A DNA stretch of 64,000 nt from sequence record NC_062582.1; one strand, given 5' to 3'. The notes below the pieces were generated by a model. It made no database searches. It was not told where the DNA came from and saw only the letters and a list, made by a program, of their open reading frames with translations. Numbering within the stretch: position 1 is the stretch's first letter; each line of letters begins with the position of its first letter. This document shows positions 20,333 to 29,488 of this stretch, one piece after another. The position numbers and the translations under genes were made by a program.

Positions 20333-20936
20333 ACATAACCAACTGATTATGGCTGTTCAATACCCAATCGTTAGCAAAGATAACGTTAAGTTCGTTCGTG
20401 GTTTTAAGGCATTGGCCAACGGTGGTCTTGAACCATTGTTTACCGATAGTCCTGAACGTGCGCAACGTTTTGGTCCAGAAGGACAACTACATGTAAACTG
20501 GTTGTCTGGTCGTCCTGTTGAATTAGATGAGTTCAAGGCATACAGCTTGATCAAGGCACCGGAAACTCCAACCCAGTTATTCGATGATGGTAAAGACTAC
20601 ACCACTGTAGAAGTTGCTACCATTGTAACCAGTAACGAAAGTCATTTGCTGTATAAGCAAATTAAAGAAGCCGGCATGGATTACAAACAGGACATGGGTG
20701 GTAATCTGATTACTATCGGTGTACTGGCTGGCGGTGATGTTTGTATTGCACCAATGATCCAAACAATCGACGGTGTACGTGTTGCGTATGTTGAAGCCAC
20801 CAGTGAGGTTGTTGACTTCACTATGGTTGAAAACTGGATCATGGCGAAGTGCACTGGTATTAAGTCGATCACAGAACCTGGTCGTGTTGTTAACGAAGTT
20901 GCTCTGATCAAACGCTGCCGTACAGAAACTGTATAA
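20325..20936 (+). CDS. hypothetical protein
   Basis: GTG start after GAGGAG. Confidence 0.75.
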   Translation: MSKHNQLIMAVQYPIVSKDNVKFVRGFKALANGGLEPLFTDSPERAQRFGPEGQLHVNWLSGRPVELDEFKAYSLIKAPETPTQLFDDGKDYTTVEVATIVTSNESHLLYKQIKEAGMDYKQDMGGNLITIGVLAGGDVCIAPMIQTIDGVRVAYVEATSEVVDFTMVENWIMAKCTGIKSITEPGRVVNEVALIKRCRTETV

Positions 20937-20963
20937 CCTCAATACCTTAATAGGAAATTTAAA

Positions 20964-21257
20964 ATGTTCAGACTTGTAAAACAACCATGCACTGATTTCA
21001 TCCCAGCACTGTTAGCTGAATTGGAAAGGATTAGTGATCCACAATCATCAACACCGCTGTATGTCCGCAATGCTAATCAGGGTGCGGTCATTACAACTGG
21101 TAATGGGCGGAAGAATATCGCCGTTCAAGTCTGGGGTGCAGTGAGTGTTAATGTTCATTGTTACATTGATGGTGCCATTACTGGTACGTCCTTTGCTGGA
21201 ACTACCTCTGATGTAGAGGAAGCGGCGAAAGCTATTCTGGATTGGGTTAAACCATAA
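20964..21257 (+). CDS. hypothetical, family A
   Basis: MFRLVKQPCTDFIPALL. Confidence 0.8.
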   Translation: MFRLVKQPCTDFIPALLAELERISDPQSSTPLYVRNANQGAVITTGNGRKNIAVQVWGAVSVNVHCYIDGAITGTSFAGTTSDVEEAAKAILDWVKP

Positions 21258-21294
21258 ACAACTTTATGAAGGACTGACTCTATAGGAAAAGACC

Positions 21295-21585
21295 ATGGCT
21301 AGTTTTGTATTACAGTCGTGTACGGAGTATGCTTCAACGCTTCTATTGGTTATTGGTAAGATTAAATCCAATGACGGATCACGGGTCTGGGTACAAAACA
21401 GTGCCGGGGGCTTGACCTTTATACATTCCAATGGCCTACGTAAATGCGTTGTTAGGGTATTAGGGACTGGGACGGTTAGTGTTGACTTCCATATCTTTGG
21501 AGTTAGTGCTACTACCCATATGTCAGCAACCTATAACGTTTCAGATACAGCGAAACGTATAGTAGCTTTCTTTTCAAAACCATAG
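21295..21585 (+). CDS. hypothetical, family A
   Basis: MASFVLQSCTEYASTLL..AKRIVAFF. Confidence 0.8.
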   Translation: MASFVLQSCTEYASTLLLVIGKIKSNDGSRVWVQNSAGGLTFIHSNGLRKCVVRVLGTGTVSVDFHIFGVSATTHMSATYNVSDTAKRIVAFFSKP

Positions 21586-21589
21586 CGTA

Positions 21590-21625
21590 ATAAAGCCCCT
21601 TCCTTCGGGAAGGGGTTAGTTACTC
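21590..21625 (+). terminator. intrinsic terminator-like hairpin
   Basis: GCCCCTTCC-TTCG-GGAAGGGGT then T-rich. Confidence 0.8.
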
Positions 21626-21643
21626 TTTCTTTTTTTCTTTATC

Positions 21644-22486
21644 ATGTGTATTACTATTAACGCATGGGAGAATACCATGACTTGTTGCGGCAAAAGATTA
21701 CCACCAGATAATACGTTAGACTTTACCTGGTTAGGTTGCCCTTGTGATACATGGGCACATTTAAAAGATCAGTTCATCTTCCTTGCGGATGAGAGAGCTG
21801 GCGTGATACCTTGCAAACCAGATCAGTTTAAAGTTCAATGGACTGGTATTGATGCAATGACATATATGATCGCTGTTACTGATAATCTCACCGGAGAGCT
21901 TTGTGAGTATAGCGTTTCAAAGGAGTACAGTCATGAAAGCCCTATGGACGCATTTGCGCGCGATTATAGACAAAAGGAACTCCGATATAACCGAGGCATT
22001 CGCCGAGCAGTGGATGACACTCTAGAAGCCTTTGAAGACCTACATCCAGATATTCGTTACAAGCTTTCTGAAGATCATAAAGGGTTTAAGATTCATCGAC
22101 CTATTCAACGTGAATTGGGTGTGGTCGTCTGGAAGATTGACTACGGTGTACGTTCGCATATCATGCCTATCTCTAATGAAGAATGGCAACAAGAAACCCC
22201 TGATAACGTTATCGAGATCCCTGACATCCTTCCTGAAATTGCACAAGCGTTGGTTGTCCTATTAAAGCGTATGCGTAAGATCGGAATTAAGTTTGAAGAT
22301 ATTGTAACTGAGACCTTAGGGGATTTCCGTAAGATTACTATCAATGGCGTCGCTTATCGTAATAACGTTTCTACCTCGACTATTAAGATCGTTTACCAAG
22401 AGATGGATCTAGATAAACAAACCTTAAACGCCTATCACGAATACTACACAGATAAGGGACCACAAAATGGTATCTATAACTGCTGA
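21644..22486 (+). CDS. hypothetical protein (start probably 21677)
   Basis: GGGAG SD before MTCCG. Confidence 0.75.
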   Translation: MCITINAWENTMTCCGKRLPPDNTLDFTWLGCPCDTWAHLKDQFIFLADERAGVIPCKPDQFKVQWTGIDAMTYMIAVTDNLTGELCEYSVSKEYSHESPMDAFARDYRQKELRYNRGIRRAVDDTLEAFEDLHPDIRYKLSEDHKGFKIHRPIQRELGVVVWKIDYGVRSHIMPISNEEWQQETPDNVIEIPDILPEIAQALVVLLKRMRKIGIKFEDIVTETLGDFRKITINGVAYRNNVSTSTIKIVYQEMDLDKQTLNAYHEYYTDKGPQNGIYNC

Positions 22487-22841
22487 AATTAAAATCTCTG
22501 AAATTACAGATGAGTTGGGGATCTTCGATAACCTTTCGAAAGTATTGGTTCAACGAATGTTCATGATGAACTTCTTTCGTCCATTCCCGGATAACCTGAA
22601 GTTCTATTTCCAGGACTACAAAATCGTTGGTCGTCAGAACTACACTGGTGCCGACAGTATGACTATTGGTTTACGTCCAGGTGAAACTGATGGCAGTAAG
22701 GCAGCTATCTTAGCCTACATTGCTAAGGCTGCTCCATCACATATCGATCTCAAAGGTTTCAAGAAGAAAGAACCGAAGCCAGACGAACCTGAATCACCAC
22801 CACCTGAAGATGTACAACCAAATCCAGAAACAAACGTTTAA
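22467..22841 (+). CDS. hypothetical protein with Pro/Glu tail
   Basis: ORF ends at hairpin. Confidence 0.75.
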   Translation: MVSITAEIKISEITDELGIFDNLSKVLVQRMFMMNFFRPFPDNLKFYFQDYKIVGRQNYTGADSMTIGLRPGETDGSKAAILAYIAKAAPSHIDLKGFKKKEPKPDEPESPPPEDVQPNPETNV

Positions 22842-22844
22842 ATA

Positions 22845-22873
22845 TATCGCCTTCCTTCCGGAAGGCTTTATGT
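22845..22873 (+). terminator. hairpin
   Basis: GCCTTCC-TTCC-GGAAGGC-TTTATG. Confidence 0.7.
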
Positions 22874-22877
22874 CGTT

Positions 22878-22912
22878 AATAGATTTTTTTCTAAATCTAT
22901 ATTACCTATCTG
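22878..22912 (+). promoter_or_regulatory. early promoter
   Basis: AATAGATTTTTTTCTAAATCTATATTAC; TATATTAC 22898-22905. Confidence 0.8.
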
Positions 22913-22939
22913 AATCTATTCCATTAAAAGGTACGTGTC

Positions 22940-23377
22940 ATGAGTAAAGAACCGTGTCGTCCAGGAAAGTCTAAATCAGTTCGTCGCCGTGAAGCGGCTG
23001 ATAAACATAACCAAGCCTACGAGGAACGCGTCAAACCGTTTCTAGAAGCACTGGAGAGTGTTGTAGCTCCATCACCGATTAAATCTGTTGCCGGACAAGA
23101 GGTTGGTCGTTCCTTACGAGTAACCCATGAAGACAATAAAGGTGAAGTAAAGGAATTAAACAGTGACGAAGTAAATGTTCATCAGGGTAAGATCACAGTA
23201 AAGCGTGATATACATCCAGGTGATATTATTATCGTCAGCGGTGCTGATCATGGGCGTATGGTTGCCCGTGAACTGATCGATAGTTTTAAACACGAAATCA
23301 AACCAAAGCAAGTAGGTCATTATGCAGAATCCCGCTATCAAGCAACTTATCCTAAACGCTACCTTGAACGCACTTAA
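22940..23377 (+). CDS. hypothetical with Arg-rich N-terminus
   Basis: KSKSVRRREAADKHN. Confidence 0.75.
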   Translation: MSKEPCRPGKSKSVRRREAADKHNQAYEERVKPFLEALESVVAPSPIKSVAGQEVGRSLRVTHEDNKGEVKELNSDEVNVHQGKITVKRDIHPGDIIIVSGADHGRMVARELIDSFKHEIKPKQVGHYAESRYQATYPKRYLERT

Positions 23378-23385
23378 GGCACGAA

Positions 23386-23523
23386 ATGAAAATTCGCATA
23401 AAGAAAAGATTGATTGCAGAACACAACGCCAAATACGAAGCCCGACAAAAACAGCGTGAAATCTCAGAGCGTTATGTTAACCTACTCAAGGCACCCAAGT
23501 ATGTTAAAGAACAAACGGCGTGA
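23386..23523 (+). CDS. small basic protein (45 aa), not in ORF track
   Basis: MKIRIKKRLIAEHNAKYEARQKQ..; fills gap. Confidence 0.6.
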   Translation: MKIRIKKRLIAEHNAKYEARQKQREISERYVNLLKAPKYVKEQTA

Positions 23524-23552
23524 TAAATGCACATTTGTGAATGAGGTTCTAA

Positions 23553-24068
23553 ATGATTAGTAAGGGTAAACGCAAATATCTTCTAGAATTATATCCGTTT
23601 AGTTTTTGGGTATTTGATTGGATTGGACTAGCCAAAGAAATTCGAGAGACCCCACCAAACTGGACAAGCGTAAAAGCATTTATGCCTGAACACGACCCAT
23701 CTAGAATCATGGTTGGTACCTGTGATGGTATCTATCCCGTACGTGACAAAGACCACTGGAATAAAGCTGAAAAGAATCTGACAGGTGAATCACATGCCTG
23801 GAAGAGTGATCATATTCCGACTGTTCAAGAACAGACATTCGTTAAAGAGATTGCTACCAAAGGTTATTACGACGGTGTTAAACGTCTTGATTCAGAATGC
23901 GATGTAGAAGTGTTCTTTGGTATCGATACCCTTGGTCCTAATGCAAAGACTATTACCATCAGTCGTTCGACGATTAGTGGTATTGATAAAGGGCAACCTA
24001 AATTCGAAAGCGTTGATTTAATCGAGGTGCCGAATGACTTTAAAGAGGCCCGCGAAAAGACGCTTTAA
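23553..24068 (+). CDS. hypothetical protein
   Basis: GAGGT SD. Confidence 0.8.
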   Translation: MISKGKRKYLLELYPFSFWVFDWIGLAKEIRETPPNWTSVKAFMPEHDPSRIMVGTCDGIYPVRDKDHWNKAEKNLTGESHAWKSDHIPTVQEQTFVKEIATKGYYDGVKRLDSECDVEVFFGIDTLGPNAKTITISRSTISGIDKGQPKFESVDLIEVPNDFKEAREKTL

Positions 24069-24384
24069 ATACGTCTACTGTGATAATGCCCGTTCTCAGT
24101 TAAAAGTCAAAACCGATGTTTACACGATGAATGAAGCCCCACCAGGCACTGACTGTTGGGGTGATCTTACTGGTCGAGGTCCAGATGACACAGATGAACG
24201 TCGTGGTCCTCTTTGTAAGAATGGCCGTGATACACCAGGTGATGACGACAACTGGAGGATTGACTACAAGCGCGGTACTGACTGGGAATACTCGGGTAAA
24301 GACGATAGCGCTTATACGGGGGATTCTAAACGCTGGACGGAAGAGGACTGGCTGTATCATGAACAAACGCAGAATGAAGTATAG
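24034..24384 (+). CDS. Asp/Gly-rich small protein, paralog of next ORF
   Basis: GAGGTG SD; KY.Y.D..R and NE.PPG..GRG.DD shared with 24374. Confidence 0.6.
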   Translation: MTLKRPAKRRFKYVYCDNARSQLKVKTDVYTMNEAPPGTDCWGDLTGRGPDDTDERRGPLCKNGRDTPGDDDNWRIDYKRGTDWEYSGKDDSAYTGDSKRWTEEDWLYHEQTQNEV

Positions 24385-24604
24385 GTACTGGGATAGAACA
24401 AGAACCTGTCGTGCCATACTTGCTTCCAGCAGCGTCGTATGTAATGAAGTGCCGCCAGGTGGGGTATTCTACGGCCTTCCAAAAGGTCGTGGTGATGACA
24501 GTCCAGAAGGAAAGGGACTGGGTGCAGAATCATCTCCTGATGTAAGACGGCCTACTGAAATAAGTTACGCTGGTCGAAAAAATCTGCCAAGCCGCAGCGC
24601 CTAA
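24374..24604 (+). CDS. Gly/Pro-rich small protein, paralog of previous ORF
   Basis: MKYRYWDRTR..NEVPPG..GRGDD. Confidence 0.55.
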   Translation: MKYRYWDRTRTCRAILASSSVVCNEVPPGGVFYGLPKGRGDDSPEGKGLGAESSPDVRRPTEISYAGRKNLPSRSA

Positions 24605-24805
24605 TATAAATCTTGGTAAAAGAATTAGTAAAAGATGAACGTAGTTTATCTTTGCTTTTGTTCTTTGTTTCTGAAAGCTTTTACGTATAAAGAGTATATT
24701 GTGAGGGGTGGGGTTTTACCCCGAGCAATATTCCTTATTCTTAGTGTTACCTTACCAAACCCTTTATTTAGGGTTAACCCTCTAATGATTGCTAGTCATC
24801 AAGGA
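24605..24805 (+). ncRNA. candidate structured leader/sRNA
   Basis: 13-bp GU-containing hairpin 24627-24656, long-range TTGGTAA/TTACCAA pairing, two more hairpins. Confidence 0.4.
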
Positions 24806-24812
24806 AAATACA

Positions 24813-25595
24813 ATGAGTCAAGAAGATTACATCGAGCGCAATGGTATCCGCATTACAGCTGAAGACATTCGTGCACATTACCGTACATGGGGTATTCAAA
24901 CAGAACTCCGTAATCCAACTCGTGTAGAAGTGCCTGAAGATCAACTCGATAAATTGGTACAAGAAACCTTGCTGAAACTCAAAGACAGTAAAGTTGATTA
25001 TATACCATCTTTACCTGTAGTAGCATCCGTACACACTGTTTCAATGCCAACTAAACTTGATGGTAGTCGATTTGGTAAACCGTGGTTGGGTGCAGTTATG
25101 AGCAACGACCCAGAAGAAAATGAACGGACCAATGAGATCATTCGTGAACTCACAAAAAATCGTCCAGGTCGTATTGAACCAGAGCGTTGTGATGATGAAA
25201 AACTATTGATCACACTGCTGACCAAGTACTTTGGCTTTGCCAATTATGCGAAGGAAGCTTTTCGTAGTATGCTCGGGCTTGTCTATCGTAATGCCGAGCA
25301 CGTTACAGTAACTGGTCGTGGTATCACACTTACGAAGGATATCACCGATTATTCAAAATGTGTATTGCATTATATCCTGACAAACCATGAAGCAATGGGT
25401 GAAGACGTTGTACGGTTTGTTGAAGAAACTTATAAAACGTACACAATTACTAGGTTGAGCTATGGATATGATATCTATGTTGACCAAGTAGAGCCTGCTG
25501 TCTTCCGTGTGCGTCCTGCTGGCGACAACGTACCGACCACACTTACTTGGAAACAATACTCTGAAGGCTACTCCATTAAACGTGAACGAAAATAG
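24813..25595 (+). CDS. hypothetical protein
   Basis: AAGGA SD. Confidence 0.8.
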   Translation: MSQEDYIERNGIRITAEDIRAHYRTWGIQTELRNPTRVEVPEDQLDKLVQETLLKLKDSKVDYIPSLPVVASVHTVSMPTKLDGSRFGKPWLGAVMSNDPEENERTNEIIRELTKNRPGRIEPERCDDEKLLITLLTKYFGFANYAKEAFRSMLGLVYRNAEHVTVTGRGITLTKDITDYSKCVLHYILTNHEAMGEDVVRFVEETYKTYTITRLSYGYDIYVDQVEPAVFRVRPAGDNVPTTLTWKQYSEGYSIKRERK

Positions 25596-25603
25596 GAATA
25601 AAC

Positions 25604-25729
25604 ATGCTTAGTCCAATTAATCTAAATCGCCTTTGGCAAATCGCTATTAACTCCAATGAACCTCTTACCTTGATCGTAGGTGCTGATGGTTATTGGAAAC
25701 TAACATTTAACAAAAAGGTAGATGTCTAA
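25604..25729 (+). CDS. small hypothetical (41 aa), not in ORF track
   Basis: AGGA SD; TAATG coupling. Confidence 0.6.
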   Translation: MLSPINLNRLWQIAINSNEPLTLIVGADGYWKLTFNKKVDV

Positions 25730-26202
25730 TGTCCGACCGTTATACAACTCCCCTAGATCCAGATCAGTTTCAGAAAGCTTTGTTCCAAGATGGCTTCCCT
25801 GTTCCGTATGCCAGCTGTGAAGATGTCTCCAAGGTAGCTGACGAAGCTATTAAAGCGGGTGGTTATTACACCATCGATATTATTGCAAATGGTAAAGGTT
25901 ACGTCGTACAGGCTTTTGATAATGAAGGTTTGGTTATTGCCAACTATGTTATCAATCGTCCAGAAGAATCTGACTTCCGTCGTATTCCTACTTTCCCCTG
26001 GCTACGCCACAAGTTTAAATGTATTGGCTACGACTTCAAAGATAAGATCATTCGTCAAACCCACAAGCTGATTGAAGCCCATATTCGTGATGGCGGCACT
26101 TGGGAATACAAAGATTCTCCAACCGGGTTCCATATTGAACTACGTATTCTCGGTCAGTTGAAAATCAGTCAATCGTTTTACAAGATCGAACTAACTTACT
26201 AA
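25729..26202 (+). CDS. hypothetical protein
   Basis: coupled ORF. Confidence 0.8.
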   Translation: MSDRYTTPLDPDQFQKALFQDGFPVPYASCEDVSKVADEAIKAGGYYTIDIIANGKGYVVQAFDNEGLVIANYVINRPEESDFRRIPTFPWLRHKFKCIGYDFKDKIIRQTHKLIEAHIRDGGTWEYKDSPTGFHIELRILGQLKISQSFYKIELTY

Positions 26203-26214
26203 GAGGTTTATCCA

Positions 26215-27051
26215 ATGTATAAATTTGCAGATGTCATTAGAGAAGAATCTGTACTGCGTGGTCATCAAGTGTATATTAAAGAAGATCCACAAGAAGGTCC
26301 TTTCGTGCGCGTAGTTGATCCCATCACTCGTAAACAGATTGCTATCGCTTGCCTAGAACTTAGTCCGGTAAAGGTACTGACCAGACGAGTTGAAGCACAA
26401 CACACAATGAATTGTCTGCTAATGCAGGAATTGGATTATAGCCAACCTTGGTGTTCGTTGAATCTGTGTCATCCGGATGAAAAACGTAGTGACGTAGTTG
26501 CTCTTGAGGATTCTGTACAAGCAGTTGTCAACCTCCACACCAAGCTTTCTCAGAATGGCTATCGCCTATGGGAAAGTAACAGTATTCAGCAACAAAATTC
26601 TTTGAAGATCCGCAATATCTATGTTCGTCAGGATACAGTTAACAACTTGATTGATGTCGGTGATTGGGAAGGTGAAGTAACCGGTGTTGTATTGGAAGCA
26701 CATCTAACTGTTACCGATTTTAGTAAACTGTTGGATACTGATAAAACGCCAGGTGTTTTCTGGGACATTACTCTGGATCATGAACAAAGACGTATTGGTC
26801 ATGCTGAACGTATCGATCCAGCTAATAAGTTTAAAGCTGATGTAAAACTGTCTACTGGTGTTTCATCAGTATCTGATCTGCCGCCCGTTGAAGTGAAACT
26901 GAACCATACGTTGGCCGATGCATTTAATGTAAGGTATACAACTGGAATGCAGATCACTTCTCAGCCTGGGCGTGTCAACACTGTTAAGGTTTATCGTTGT
27001 GTTGATAATGATCGTCGTGCTTTCCAACTGTTGTTGAAATACAACCTCTGA
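26215..27051 (+). CDS. hypothetical protein
   Basis: GAGGT SD. Confidence 0.8.
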   Translation: MYKFADVIREESVLRGHQVYIKEDPQEGPFVRVVDPITRKQIAIACLELSPVKVLTRRVEAQHTMNCLLMQELDYSQPWCSLNLCHPDEKRSDVVALEDSVQAVVNLHTKLSQNGYRLWESNSIQQQNSLKIRNIYVRQDTVNNLIDVGDWEGEVTGVVLEAHLTVTDFSKLLDTDKTPGVFWDITLDHEQRRIGHAERIDPANKFKADVKLSTGVSSVSDLPPVEVKLNHTLADAFNVRYTTGMQITSQPGRVNTVKVYRCVDNDRRAFQLLLKYNL

Positions 27052-27115
27052 TAACAAGTACGTCCCAGCTTTAAAATATGTAATTAAACCGTAAATTCAA
27101 ATAGGTAATTAAAAC

Positions 27116-28060
27116 ATGAGTAAAGTCAAAACCCGTATGTATTTCACCGGTGGTGCTGGTCTTAACCTCGGTACGACGTATAGCCCTAATAGCGAATCTG
27201 TTTGTTTTATCGATTCGTCGGAAGCTAACCTCAAGCACCGTAAGATTGCCCCCGAGCGTATGTACATCATCCCTAATACGGATGGCGCTGGTGGTGACCA
27301 ATCTTTCATGATGCCTCATGCCCGTAAGCATGCTCCTTTGATTCTGGAACAATTCGAACCAGGTCAACAGAACATCATTGTTACCTCGGGTGGTGGCGGT
27401 ACCGGTCCAACCGTAGCTGCTTCTCTTCTTGACAACATGCTCAAGAATGGCGAGAACGTTATCGTTCTTGTAGTTGGTGGTTACGATGCAACTAAACGTG
27501 TTCGGAACACAACTAACATTCTGAAGAACTTGGAACTGTTGTCTCTGAAGCATCAGCAACCTGTGGTCGTGTCTTACATCTCTAATGCCGGTGGCGAAGC
27601 TGCTGCGGATGAAGAAGCATTGTTCACTCTGTCTGCTCTGGATGCATTGACTGACCAAGAGAATGAGCGTCTTGATACTAAAGACCTTGAGAACTTCCTG
27701 CACTTCAACCGAGTGTGTGCTGTACAACCACAACTGTGCACCTTGCATATTCGTGAGACCCGTGCTGACGCTGCCAAAGTGTTGGAACCAATCATGGTTA
27801 TCGCACTGGTAAATGACATCAGTCTGGACGTTCCTTATGGTTCTCCTTTCGAACGTAAAGTAGGTATTACCAAACGTACTGACAAACTCCCTGGCGATCA
27901 AATGCACTTCATCATCAACTCGGTTGGTGTGACAGATATCTTTGAAGACCTGGAACAAACTCTAACCAAACTGAATACCGTTCAATCTGGTTTCCGTCAA
28001 CGGCGTTCGAGCTTTGTAGTACAAGACCTCGGCGAAGGCGACGATCTGTTCGTTAGCTAA
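27116..28060 (+). CDS. phuZ: phage tubulin PhuZ (spindle)
   Basis: GGAG.N, FIDSS.AN, GAG.D, SGGGGTG tubulin signature, acidic C-tail. Confidence 0.95.
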   Translation: MSKVKTRMYFTGGAGLNLGTTYSPNSESVCFIDSSEANLKHRKIAPERMYIIPNTDGAGGDQSFMMPHARKHAPLILEQFEPGQQNIIVTSGGGGTGPTVAASLLDNMLKNGENVIVLVVGGYDATKRVRNTTNILKNLELLSLKHQQPVVVSYISNAGGEAAADEEALFTLSALDALTDQENERLDTKDLENFLHFNRVCAVQPQLCTLHIRETRADAAKVLEPIMVIALVNDISLDVPYGSPFERKVGITKRTDKLPGDQMHFIINSVGVTDIFEDLEQTLTKLNTVQSGFRQRRSSFVVQDLGEGDDLFVS

Positions 28061-28070
28061 GGAATTAAAC

Positions 28071-28370
28071 ATGACCGACATTACCGAGCTGAAAAGAAAA
28101 CATATACTTTACACGCTGTACGTAACTATTACTCAGGCACATGCATCGCTTACCAATCCACCACTTGTAAAATTGTTTGACGACGGTATTGGTGTTATTA
28201 GTAATGATGAACGCTTTCGTGCTATGTATGTAATTAGTGAACATGCCGATAGTATCGAAGTTGAAGAGATCGATAACATTAAAAACGAATCTTTGGAACG
28301 TTTGATATACGCCTCTACCAGTCTTAGTCCTTTCTTGTACAACCACAAAAAGTTCTTTGCGATCTTGTAA
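28071..28370 (+). CDS. hypothetical protein after phuZ
   Basis: AAGGA SD. Confidence 0.75.
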   Translation: MTDITELKRKHILYTLYVTITQAHASLTNPPLVKLFDDGIGVISNDERFRAMYVISEHADSIEVEEIDNIKNESLERLIYASTSLSPFLYNHKKFFAIL

Positions 28371-28375
28371 ATAAA

Positions 28376-28400
28376 CTGGAGAGCTTCGGCTCTCCTTTTA
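28376..28400 (+). terminator. intrinsic terminator
   Basis: GGAGAGC-TTCG-GCTCTCC-TTTTA. Confidence 0.85.
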
Positions 28401-28418
28401 TTCCCTAAGGAGTTTTAA

Positions 28419-28970
28419 ATGAAAACAGTAAACGGTCGTAAAGTATCCAATGCGGAATACAAACGTAACCAAGCGGCTTATCACAATGTCGGTTATGAGT
28501 TCGATAAACAGAAAGAGAAAGCTCGTCTTGACTACGAAGAAGAGCAACGTCGTAACCCTACTGTGATCGGTACATCTAAACAGTGGGTTGAAACGTTCAC
28601 AGAACCATCGGTAGTTATCTCCATTGGTGACCCAGGTGAATCTCTGCCAGATTACGCATGCAAACATAAAGCGATTCTGCGTATTGAAATCGATGATGTC
28701 GATCAAGAGATGGGTCCTGAATATACTCTGTTCGATCCTGTACATAGCCGTCGTATTTTGGATTTCCTTGCTAAGCATCCAGGTGTTCCAATCATTGTAC
28801 ACTGTCATGCAGGTATCTCCCGTAGCTCTGCGGTAGTTAAGTTCATGGTTGACAAGTTGGGTTATAAACTCTCTGGTCGCGAAGAATGTACAGTTAAAGG
28901 TTTCCAGACTTTCAACCGTTGGATTTACCGCCAACTGGAAATCAGTCATATCGACACCATCATGCAGTAA
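28419..28970 (+). CDS. cysteine-based (CX5R) phosphatase, PTP/DSP-like
   Basis: IVHCHAGISRSSAV P-loop; upstream IDDVD general-acid loop. Confidence 0.88.
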   Translation: MKTVNGRKVSNAEYKRNQAAYHNVGYEFDKQKEKARLDYEEEQRRNPTVIGTSKQWVETFTEPSVVISIGDPGESLPDYACKHKAILRIEIDDVDQEMGPEYTLFDPVHSRRILDFLAKHPGVPIIVHCHAGISRSSAVVKFMVDKLGYKLSGREECTVKGFQTFNRWIYRQLEISHIDTIMQ

Positions 28971-29038
28971 AATTTTAGAACCTGGATCAATAGAGTAGAA
29001 GGAGTGTCACAATGAAACGTGATTAATTCGGAGGTCAT

Positions 29039-29488
29039 ATGACCAAGTCAAGTGTTAAGCTTTTAGATAAAGCAATAGCGGATGACTTAGGTTTAGTACT
29101 CTCCCCTAAGACTTACGTATTGAAACGGGTTATAGAGAATCCAACCACAATTGATGGATTTGTATTTGCCTTTGAACAAGGTAGCGAAATCCATTATGAT
29201 CGGTTGGAGATCTTTAGATTCGTTAACGGGAGACGTATTAAGTTACCTAGGTTTATGTCTACTCCCTTAATTGAAAGTAGATTAGTAAAACGGCAATATA
29301 AGCGTTGGTACGTCTGGGGTAACGGGATGTTGTTTCCCGTACAGAATGCCAAAGCAGAGGACTTGAAAACAAACTTCTTATTCATAACCGGTGATATCCC
29401 CAATTACCAAACATCAATTATTTATTCTTACGAGTCTCCTCACCTTCGTAAGAACCCTCTGAGGTTTCATCATGCATTACAGATCTGA
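29039..29488 (+). CDS. hypothetical protein
   Basis: GGAGG SD. Confidence 0.7.
   Translation: MTKSSVKLLDKAIADDLGLVLSPKTYVLKRVIENPTTIDGFVFAFEQGSEIHYDRLEIFRFVNGRRIKLPRFMSTPLIESRLVKRQYKRWYVWGNGMLFPVQNAKAEDLKTNFLFITGDIPNYQTSIIYSYESPHLRKNPLRFHHALQI

Noticed and set aside
24131-24373. Upstream part of the 157-aa ORF
   Set aside because: Overlaps the 24034 ORF; paralogy places the real start at 24374.
27071-27958. 295-aa minus-strand ORF
   Set aside because: Shadow of phuZ.
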